A program made the position numbers and the translations under genes. Shown here piece by piece: positions 10,564 through 21,344 of a DNA stretch of 64,000 nt. The notes beneath the pieces are model-generated. The model did no database searches. It was not told the origin of the DNA and saw nothing but the letters and a program-made list of their open reading frames with translations. Within the stretch, counting starts at the first letter, position 1. Every line of letters begins with the position of its first letter. The stretch covers positions 3,100,001-3,164,000 of the forward strand of contig CM035360.1 of NCBI GenBank assembly GCA_020137815.1, read 5' to 3'. The stretch is from Hormiphora californensis (Eukaryota > Animalia > Ctenophora).

Positions 10564-13500
10564 TCATATGACATCCTCGACCTTGTCATAAATACTTTTC
10601 TCCTCATCCATGTACACAGGATTTGAAAACGCAAAATCGGTAGTGTCCTCTTCAAAATCTTCGATATTGATGCCATTCTCATTATTATCTGCTGAGGGTG
10701 GCATTGAAACAGCATTCCTCATGTCAACCATATTGAAGGAAGCTGTGGAGGCGAAGGATGATTTTCTGCTATGTCGCTTTAACTTGCCCACTTTGATGTT
10801 GGTAACTGTCACTATTGCCAAGGCTATCAAACATGTCGCAGCGAATATCGAGCAGATGATTATTAGGGTCGTTCGAAATCCTGGGGGAGTGTCGGTTTTG
10901 GTTTCGGTGAAAAAAGGAGGTTATAATTTTAGAGTAATCAATAATCAACTAATGCATTACTTTAGTACTTGATTATTGATTACTCTAAAATTATAACATA
11001 ATATAATGAGTGCTGTGCAAGAATATGATGAATTTGGAGGTGAAAGTTTTGCCTTTACTCACGATTTGTGTCAGATACAAGTTTGTCTGGATCGATGTCA
11101 TCACAGTTGGGGTAGTGGTCACATTTCATCCCCGTCCACCCATCCATACACTCCGCACATTTAACGCCCGCAAAGTTATTCAGGCAAATTAAAGTTCCAT
11201 TATCAGTACACCTACTTCTTTCCTTTTCCTCCTCGCATTTCACATCACACTTATCCCCGTAGTAACTCTCAGTACAAGTGACGCAGTTAGGGCCCGTGTA
11301 ATGACCTAGACACTCCTTCGCCCCTTCCTCCGTGCAGTTGTAATGAATCCCATCAGATACACAGTATACCCCGCAATCCTCCCCGTACCATGTATCATTA
11401 CAGATTCTCTCACCCTCGTCATCACATGTGTACTGGGGTGCCGAACTGTTACAATAGACATCACATTCCTCCCCGTACCACATGTTGTTACAGATCCTCT
11501 CACCATCACCATCACATGTGTACTGGAGTGCAGAGCTGTTACAATAAACATCACACTCAGACCCGTAATGCTCCTCTGTACATGTATCACATTCCACACC
11601 AGTCCGGTTCACATTACAGACCACCTCCCCTGTAGTCTGGTTGCACGTGGAGTTGTGGGTTGGAGCACAGAACACATCACAGGTTTTAGTAAAGTAGTTG
11701 GTCACACAGCCATCACATTCGCTACCCGTGTAGTGTCCTGTACAGGTCTTACTACCGTCTGTATCGCTACAGTTATAGTTTGTGGCGGAGTTGTTACAGT
11801 AGACTGAACACGATATTCCATAGTAGTCAGCAGTACAAAGAGTACAGTTTACCCCCTCTCTGTTAGCAGCACATACCTTCTCCCCTGCATCATTACACGT
11901 GTAGTTAGCAGTTGATTGGCAGTCACAGGACGGTCCGTTGTAACCACTTTCACACCCATCACACAATGCCCCAGCTCTATGTCCCTTGCAAATAGGATCA
12001 CCTGTAGTTGTATTGCAGGTGTAGTTGTCCGTCTCGACGCAGTAAATATCGCAGGTTGTACCATAGTATCCCAGTTCACAATCAGTGCAATTCGGACCGG
12101 TGAAGGGGGACAAACAGATTTTACCACCCGTTGTGTCATTACAGTCCCATCGATCAGTTTCCAAGCAGTATACCTCACAGTCAGTACCATAGAAATCCTC
12201 AACACATTCATCACACACGTCCCCCTCCCAGTTCCCCTCACAGACACGTGTACCATTTCCACTACATGTGTAATGACCGACATCTGGAACACAGTGTGCA
12301 GTACAATTCACCCCGTAGTAGTCCACGGCACAGGAATCACAGTCCGTCCCCGTCCACTGCATGGAACAGTTTTTAGATCCATCATTGTTGCATGTGTATT
12401 TTCCTACCAACGGTTCACACTTTATATCACAATTGTTGCCATGGTAACCAGGCTTGCAGGTGTCACAATCACCACCAGTCCAGTTGCCCTGACACACCTT
12501 GGAGCCGTCCGTGGGGTTGCAGGTGTAGTGGGGAAGGGAGTCCTGACAGTAGACCCCACAGGATGGTGGGTAGTAGTTGGGGAGGCAGGTATCACAGTTC
12601 GGAGGAGCACGTCCTGCCCCGCATACTTTCTGTCCTGAAGGGGAATTCAGTGTTAGTTTGTATGCTCCTTTCTTAGTTGGTAATCAGCAGGCAGTTGTTT
12701 ATTGTTGTTGGTCAGTTCTCAGTTCTCAGTTGTTTGTCGTCGTACATAGATGACATGACCCATGACCCATCTCATCCCAATTACGGTACTATATTCCATA
12801 ATACCCCAGTACGATAAATCGTTTGATACAATCCCATGCTGTCAGAGCATTGGCCTGACCCATTCTCGTTCGGAGCGCGCGAGAACTGTGGTCAGAGCAT
12901 TGGCCTGACAGAATCCCATGTGCTTTACCTGAGTTCTGGTCACACGTATAATTTGCCTGCTCTGTGTGTGTCTCACTACAGGACACATTGCAGAATGATG
13001 TGTAGTGGTCAGGAACACAGTAGTTGCACCCAGGCCCGGTGAAGTTTTTATCACACTCACTTATCTTCATATCTATCTTTAGATGGCCCTAATATATGAG
13101 TGGGATTATTAATGATTGGAATTGTTTAGTCAAGAAACCCACACAAATGGGTTGAGGCACTGTATCATGATTGGCGATGGAGTTGTCTCTCAAAAGACTG
13201 CCCTCTCCGAACCGGACATTACAGTCATGTTGGAGGATTTTGATAACCTACCCAATATTTAGTAAACGTCTCTTTATACCAGTTTTTATCAGGAGAAACA
13301 TTCTCGAACACCGCTCCAAAATGTAAATATGATCTGACTTGATCGTCCATTACCCCATCGTCATCCCAAACGTCAAATTCAATGCTTGCCGTACTCACCT
13401 GATTTACACTACGTATTAGGATTTAGGAAAAGGACCCGAAGCTGATCTACTGATGACTGATGAGCTATGGTCGCTGGCTGTCAAAGCATTGGCCTGACCC

Positions 13501-14091
13501 TATTCTCATTTCTCTCAAATAAGGACACGCGCACACGAGAACTGTGGTCAGAGCATTGGCCTGACAGGTCGTTGGTTGACCCACTGCACTAAAGAAACTT
13601 ACATTGGTCCCGAGTGCAACATAGACGGGGTCCATTTTGGTTGTTAAATCGGTAGTATACGAGTCAGCGTCGAGCATGACATAGTCTGTGAATTCTGTGG
13701 TGCTGAGAAAATTTAATAATTTAAGAAATTGCGACCCATTATATATCATCACAGGTTAAGAAATTTCTTACTTTTTGCATCTAATTGTAAGGCCTACAAA
13801 GTAGAAGTCACATGTTTCACCAGTACCACACAAATTATCCCCATCTTTGGAATATCCGCTGTCTTTATATTCAACAAACTTTATTATTCCTGTCCCCGAT
13901 CCTTTCGCCTCCTGTAACATATGTAACAGAAACTAAAACTATCTGAATTTTATTTATAAAAAGCGTACAATTAATCAATATCGGATCGGCGTACAGTATC
14001 AGATCGGCCAGGCAAGCTAGTTATTGCTATCAACTGATCTCACCTGAAGAAGGAAGACTGCTAAAACTAAAACTAAACTAAAACTAAACAT
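10564..14091 (-). CDS. Delta/DSL-like type I membrane protein: signal peptide, C2/MNNL-like domain, ~13 tandem DSL-like domains, TM helix, tail with NPxY (~827 aa)
   Basis: Exons 14091-14044 (MFSFSLVLVLAVFLLQ), 13911-13772 (GSGTGIIKFVEY...CGTGETCDFYFV), 13702-13603, 13398-13252 (IEFDVWDDD), 13088-12929, 12634-11063 and 10880-10564 total 2484 nt in one frame. Repeats such as CAVDYYGVNCTAHCVPDVGHYTCSGNGTRVCEGNWEGDVC fit the DSL consensus C..(Y)YG..C...C....GHYTC...G...C..GW.G..C. TM: LIIICSIFAATCLIALAIVTV. Tail: FSNPVY...EDVI*. Confidence 0.85.
12839..12911 (+). mobile_element. Short dispersed element with gtcagagcattggcctgac at both ends, flanked by a 9-bp duplication
   Basis: aatcccatg at 12830-12838 and 12912-12920. 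Related copies at 13478-13567, 17473-17547, 22298-22318 (single unit), 53352-53428 and ~62218-62244. Confidence 0.8.
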
Positions 14092-14224
14092 ACTCCTAGA
14101 ACAAGAAAAAGAAGAGGTGTGTGCTTGCTTGCAGCTACCACGTATAACTTTATCTTGTATAATTAATCTGGGAGCCGTCCTTATCACACCAGACATGTCT
14201 CTCACCATTTTCCCTCTCGAGTAC

Positions 14225-14488
<264 letters not shown>

Positions 14489-14888
14489 TTCCCTCTCTCC
14501 ATGCCACCCCCTCTTTCTCAAAACTCTCACCCATTTTCTTCTTTTTTCTCCCTATCACATCGTCACGTGACATTCAGTTCATGCACTCTCACCCAGTCAC
14601 CCAGCGCCCCTATCTCCAGAGCACGCCATCAGCTCATCGTAGCCATGGTAACAGCTTGGCCTAATGCGATTTAGCACTTACAGGCCGACAAAAAGAACAT
14701 ATGGCTTCTACTGACAAGCGGTCTAAAGTCGGCCTCTCTCGCATCATAGAATATATCATGCCACATCTGCTGACATAGTGGCAGGTAAAAAACAGTTATC
14801 AATTATACTACATGCTACTTGAGTCTGCTGAAAAGACCACGAGCTTTTAATTTTCCCATGTTAAAAACACAAACACAAGTGTGGTATA

Positions 14889-16445
14889 CAGGGTGTCCCA
14901 TATATTCTGTGGGTCGGTTGGCGAGCTGTCACGCAAAAACGGTGATAGTTGTGTGAAAACAAACTACGGGAGTGTGCTGGATTAATTCCTTCCTAACTGA
15001 TGGCTTTGTTTTTGAATTAAATTTCAAAAGTTCATTTTTCATGAATGAACATTCCTGTCATTCATTCGTGAATTCTGAAATATTGTTTACCTTGAGTAAA
15101 AAACTTTTCTTTGGCTCGAAATTATCTTTCCAATGAGCACCATAAAAATCAAATTGAAGCACCGGATCGCATGGCAGGTGAGAAAATGCAAATGCATGAT
15201 TTTGGCCATTCCTGCGACTTTCAATCAGCTGTATCACCGCTACTTTCAGTTCAATCCTTTTAAAAGTTTGGGTGAACATTGGTGAAGATAAGATCTTTGC
15301 TCACAAGAAAAATCAAGGTCAAAACTCAAAGTTCATTTTTCATTTTTGGTAGTTCATTCCACTCATTCAGGAACAAACATCCCTAAAGTGACGAAAAGGT
15401 TTGGGTTTTGTTTGGCCCATGTCCTGAAACGACAGAGAGGTGTAAAAACGTGTTTCCGGGCTGGTTAGTGGGTGTCCATGTGATCATTATGATATCTGAC
15501 ACCTTTGCTGAGCCATAATTAAGAGATTTTTTCAAATTCAAACATGGGATACGAGTATTCTGCGATTGGTATCGTGCACCAATAACAAGAGATCCCATAG
15601 CACCTCAAAAATTATGATTAGCTAAATGAAATGAGTTGATTCACGCTTGAAAATGTTCGTTACATTGGTTTAAATAATCTTTTCAATCGTAAATCAACTC
15701 ATTTTTAGCTAATCATAATTTTTGAGGTGCTATGGGATCTCTTGTTATTGGTGCACGATACCAATCGCAGAATACTCGTATCCCATGTTTGAATTTGAGA
15801 AAATCTCTTAATTGTGGCTCAGCAAAGGTGTCAGATATCATAATGATCACATGGACACCCACTAACTAGCCCGGCCGGAAACACGTTTTTACACCTCTCT
15901 GTCGTTTCAGAACATGGGCCAAACAAAACCCAAACCTTTTCGTCACTTTAGGGATGTTTGTTCCTGAATGAGTGGAATGAACTACCAAAAATGAAAAATG
16001 AACTTTGAGTTTTGACCTTGATTTTTCTTGTGAGCAAAGATCTTATCTTCACCAATGTTCACCCAAACTTTTAAAAGGATTGAACTGAAAGTAGTGGTGA
16101 TACAGCTGATTGAAAGTCGCAGGAATGGCCAAAATCATGCATTTGCATTTTCTCACCTGCCATGCGATCCGGTGCTTCAATTTGATTTTTATGGTGCTCA
16201 TTGGAAAGATAATTTCGAGCCAAAGAAAAGTTTTTTACTCAAGGTAAACAATATTTCAGAATTCACGAATGAATGACAGGAATGTTCATTCATGAAAAAT
16301 GAACTTTTGAAATTTAATTTAAAAACAAAGCCATCAGTTAGGAAGGAATTAATCCAGCACACTCCCGTAGTTTGTTTTCACACAACTATCACCGTTTTTG
16401 CGTGACAGCTCGCCAACCGACCCACAGAATATATGGGACACCCTG
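14889..16445. mobile_element. ~1.56-kb near-perfect palindromic foldback DNA element (Tc1/mariner-like, TA target)
   Basis: ta|cagggtgtcccatatattctgtgggtcgg ... ccgacccacagaatatatgggacaccctg|ta. Arms are ~750 bp with few mismatches. The mirrored ORFs 15058-15279(-) and 16055-16276(+) are the same arm sequence. Confidence 0.95.
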
Positions 16446-16688
16446 TATATACCCATGTTTTAAAATGTTGTAAGATAATAAAGCCCCTCCCAAAATCAGT
16501 ATCTAACCAACAACATGATAACATTTAAAACTAACCAGCTCCCAAGTTATTGGTGTCAGGTTTTAATGGAACATTTCGGTTTCAGTACCGACTAAATTTT
16601 CAAATTTTGTGATTTTTATTTTTCGTGTGCAAGCACAGAGCCCCGATCATTGTCTAACTAACACACCAACCACTATCTTATAGGTATC

Positions 16689-19263
16689 ATGTCACTGCTC
16701 GGATATATCACGGGTTGTATAGCTGTCACAACGGCTGCAGGAAACCTTCTCATTCTCCTTACAATATGGAAATGTCCCTTTTTCCACGAATTCCAGAAAT
16801 TCCTTGCTTCCTGTCTGGCTGTTGTCAACGTACTAATTGGAACACTTCATCTCCCTTTTGTAACAGCGTCCTTCTTCCTTGACCGGTGGGCGGGGGTTTC
16901 CGGACCTGAGACAGTCCCTGGGCAAATCACTGCCCACACGGGGAACACGTGGTGCGTCGTCTCAGCGTTCATCCTGCTACCTCTAATCCGGCTAAATATC
17001 GGGATAATCACGATAATAAACTTGGAGAAATTTGTTGCAATCAAGTTTGCATACCATCACCGCAGATGGGTATCACTCCGGTCCCTGGGTGCTGCAGTTG
17101 GTTGCGTTGCCGCTCTAGTTGGGGTGATAACGATGTATGAGGTGTCTAGATCTACCCACTGTGTCTACCTCACAGCCGCTCATCAGTGTATACCAGTCTA
17201 CATGAGTGATTATGATATCAGCGTGTTGTTGTGGTTTTCTATGATATACCATGCAGCTGGGCATATTACTGTGGTGTCAATCAACTTATACATCTTTATC
17301 ACTGTGAGTAAAATGTTTATAGAATGTGTTTACCAATTTTGGTATATTGGCACTTTCCTGCCTACGAGTTAGGCAAACAAAGGGCACTAGGCGGATCCAC
17401 TCATGCTCAACTCTGCAATTCAATTGTTATAGGGATCATGAGTTTGGAACACTCGCCAAAACCATGTTCTGCCTGTCAGAGCATTGACATTTGACCCTAT
17501 TCTCATTTTTTGGAGGGCATGAGAACCGTGGTCAGAACATAAGCCTGAACCATGTTCTGCTAATATATATAATTAATTTCTCGAGTAATAATGTATCCCA
17601 CTCAGATAATGAGGTTGAGAAAGAACGCCCGAAGGCACATGGGGTCCCAGTACAAACCTAGGAGACTGAAAACAATGGTCATCGTGGTGGTCACCATCCT
17701 AGACACGGTATTCTGGCTACCCATGTATGGTCTGTCTCTGGTCCGAAATACTACCTCTCTACTTGAGGATAGTAGTCCTGAGACCATTTCCATGTGAGTA
17801 AAAAGATGGGGTGGGGGGTAACAAGAAACAGAACAGTGTAGGATTTGTGTGTAAACAGAATACAAAATGAAATAAGGAGTTAGTTAAACTCCTTGTTTCA
17901 TTTTGTAATCTTGCTCTTGCTCTGCCGATTGAGCAAAGAGCACTCTCGCTATTTGGTACCATCACACTGTGTAAACAGAATATGTGATCCATCATCCAGA
18001 TTTTAGAAACTTGAAATATTACAGGTTACGTCAGATCTTCTGGTGGATGCTCTACCTCTCACCTGTTGGAGATCCCTTCCTATACGTGTACAGGTTAGCA
18101 ACAAACAACCAATTAATCTTGACTCGAAACCATTTGACCAACTTTGGCTGTTTGGCAGCTGGCGCCGCCAGACCGGGACTAAGACCCCGTTTTGGCGCCG
18201 CCAAAGAGTCCTTTTAAACAGCTTTAATTTCTTTATTTGTGTTGTTTCTCTAGACTTCCATGCACACCTGTAATGCAACCTCTGCCAGATTGCTTATCAG
18301 TTAGACCCAGTTGGAAAGTGAATATAATTATCGCCCTTCTACTGACGTAATAATTCAAAATAAACTGCTGTGACATAATATTAGTTCCTCGCCCTTGTTA
18401 TTTAAAGTCTGACAACTCTCACCCTTACCCTATCACCCCATCATCCTATCACCCCCCCTATCACCATATCACCCTCACCCCATCAACCTATCACCCTCAT
18501 CCCATCACCCTATCACCCCCTATCAGTATCACCCTATCACCCCATCACCCTATCACCCCCCTATCAGTATCACCCATCACCCTATCACCCTCATCCCATC
18601 ACCCTATCACCCCCCTATCAGTATCACCCACCCCCCTATCACCCCCTATCAGTATCACCTATCATCCTATCACTCCATCACCCTACCACCCTCACCCCAT
18701 CACCCTACCACCCTCACCCCATCACCCTATCACCCTCACCCTACTACCCTCACCCCATCACCCTATCACCCTCATCCCATCACCCTATCACCCCCCATCA
18801 CCCTCACCCTATCACCCCCCATCACCCCATCACCCTCACCATATCATCCACTCATTCCATCACCCTATCACCCTCACCCTATCACCACAGGTACCACCTG
18901 GTTCAGGAGCACGTGTCTCTCCACGTCCGCAGCTCCGTCAACATTGTCACGAGCACAACACGCCGGTGCTTCTCAGGAATCTCCTGTTTTGCGAATAACA
19001 GGGTATTCGCATGGTTTCACAACCAATCTAGAGTTATACTGACAAACACATGGTTTCGGATCAGAAGACTTGTTCGACCAGATACACCTGTTATAGAGAC
19101 TCCCAAAGTGATTGTCACTACTGTCGGTCCCTCCGAGGATCAGGATGGGTCAAGTTGTTCGTCCTTCAAGTCAATACAGATCACAGAGGAGGGGGTGAGT
19201 GATGAGAGGATGGTGCAGGGTGTTTCAAATTGTGCCTCCTTCAAATCGTTACACGGGGATTGA
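16689..19263 (+). CDS. Rhodopsin-class (class A) GPCR, 4 exons
   Basis: Exons 16689-17303, 17606-17793, 18025-18093 and 18891-19263 splice in frame. Motifs: TM1 GNLLI, TM2 LAVVN, TM3 NLEKFVAIKFAYHH (DRY equivalent), TM6 FWLPMY, TM7 DPFLY. Confidence 0.85.
18418..18890. repeat. Low-complexity (caccctat/cacccccat)n array ending at the GPCR last-exon acceptor
   Basis: Directly visible. Confidence 0.9.
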
Positions 19264-19597
19264 AATAGAGAAATAAACAGTTTGAACCATGTATTATTAT
19301 ATTTGTATATTATTATACAAGGTGGCCCACGGATATGTATATGTTATAGTATATTTGTTACTACATATTTCTTAGTCTATTATGTACATGCAGTGCATGT
19401 CCCGCACATTATACAGTATAGTTCCTAAAATTGTTAACATTGATGGTTTCATAATATTATTATACTGAGTGTTGACCTTATTTTTTCATGAGTTGACCCT
19501 TTTATTGGTTCCAATGCCTGAATATCCCCCTACTTTCAATGTGTCATTGCACTTGTCAGCAGTCATTGTCATGTCAAATAAAGTTAGTGTCACCTAC

Positions 19598-20878
19598 CGT
19601 TTGAATCACACGTGTATTCAGAGGTTGCTTTGCAGTACACATCACAGGATCCGCCATAGTAGTAGTTAGTGCAGGAGTTACATCCCAGACCCCCAAAGTT
19701 ACCCGTGCAGGATTGGATACGGTAGCTGTAACTGAAGTAACCCTGAAACACGTGTCATTGTTACTCAACAGGAAACACGTGGACCTGCTATCAAAACTAA
19801 TATAACCTGTAATAAATGGGCCTTATTTGTTGCCAAGTCAGACTGTTTTCTGCGCGCCCCTAAAAGAGTTTGTACAAAACAACTTATTTGTTGAGTAAGG
19901 GGTGAGAGACCCTCACCTCTCCACCCTTTATTCAACAAGGCCTTATCATGACACAACACATCTCAGAACTCAGAAGTGAACAACACAACTGACCTTGTTA
20001 TGATTTATACGTTTCATTGTCCATGCATCCCCTGGTCTCAAACTGCCCATTGATGCTGTAGAGGTGATCAGTCGCACGTGCAAATCATCTCCACTATCAG
20101 CATCATATACATCCCATGTTAGTGAGATATCGCCCTGAAAAAGAAATATTAGCAGATTCTCTTCAATCTTCAAATAGAAGTGGAATAGCATTTAGAAATC
20201 TGTGAAGTAGGTATTTGGAAAATTTTGAAAGTCCAAATCAACATATATTAGTTATCACGTACCCCGGTATTGAATCTTCCTCCAATTGGATTGCTCCGTC
20301 CAATATCCCCAGTAAAAGCAATGTCCTCAGAGTCATACTCCTTTGTAGTAAACGCTCTAACGAATATGAAGTGGATTGAAATGATAATGTGGATTGCTTT
20401 GAAATGAGAAATCTAAGAAAATCATAGAATCAATGAGGTAAAGAAGCAGGCTCCCACTAACCCCCAACCTTCCCCACTGGCACTATAATAACACGACAGT
20501 CTGTGAATATTAGCCATGCAAAAGATTGGGTCGATGGTACTTACATGATCGTCTCTGCAGTGACAGATACCACAAAATAGAAATCACAATTGCTGAAGGG
20601 ATCACATCCGCGCGTGGTTATCCGAATAGTGATCAAAACGTAACTCGTAGAGCCCTTTTGTAGTCACCTACAATATACCTAAGTGTTAGCATTCTATGGA
20701 GGTACTATCTAGCTCCGCGAAGCCAAGATCTGAGAATTCAAGGCGATTTCTATGGTGTGGCCACTGGCCAGCCGCCAGATAACTTAGTACATACTGTTTA
20801 CTAATCAATAGTAATAGTAACTGTTAAACTTACCAGTACAATGAGGAGCGATAGCAAAGCAATAGAAAACAGCACCAT
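19598..20878 (-). pseudogene. Paralogous 5' module of the DSL gene (signal peptide, C2/MNNL-like domain, partial DSL) with a single frameshift: pseudogene, alternative 5' cassette or assembly error
   Basis: Exons 20878-20834 (MVLFSIALLSLLIVL), 20667-20545 (VTTKGLYELRFDHYSD / frameshift near 20612 / GCDPFSNCDFYFVV), 20356-20263, 20134-19994 (ISLTWDVYDAD) and 19742-19598 (CTNYYYGGSCDVYCKATSEYTCDSNG). Intron phases 0,2,0,0,1 match the downstream gene once one base is removed. Confidence 0.75.
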
Positions 20879-21344
20879 TTTGTTATGGTCTCATCTCACT
20901 CCTTCTCTCTCTCCATCTCTCTCTCAGTAATTCAATTGTAAAATGAGTCTTATCTTGACAGTTGTTTGGACACACCAGCTGCTTCACAATGACAGATACC
21001 CGATACACCGTGTTTTGAATGTTAAACATGTGATCATGCAGCTTGACGATTGTAAACATTATTAATTAGCTCAATGCATATAGTGGTAGGTGTATTTAAT
21101 GACGTTTTGGTTGTATAGGAGATTGGAACATAATGTGACCTGTTCCTTATCTTAGTGATAACAGTGTTGACCAAATTTACAAATGACCTCATAGCATGAG
21201 GAGTTGTTTTCTCTCCTTCCCCTAGCCTTTCCAATGTTTACATGCTACAACTGTCAAGCCCAGATTTAAAACGCTAGCTGAACCACTTTAAACCGCACGT
21301 ACCCCACATCTAACTAACACCTTCACACATCTAGCTCTCACAAG

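Noticed and set aside
11306-12676. Multiple overlapping plus-strand and alternative-frame ORFs
   Set aside because: Shadows of the Cys-rich DSL exon.
15058-16276. Pair of identical 73-aa ORFs on opposite strands as a duplicated gene
   Set aside because: They are mirror images within foldback arms with no recognisable domain. The same applies to 29667/30615 and 50003/50562.
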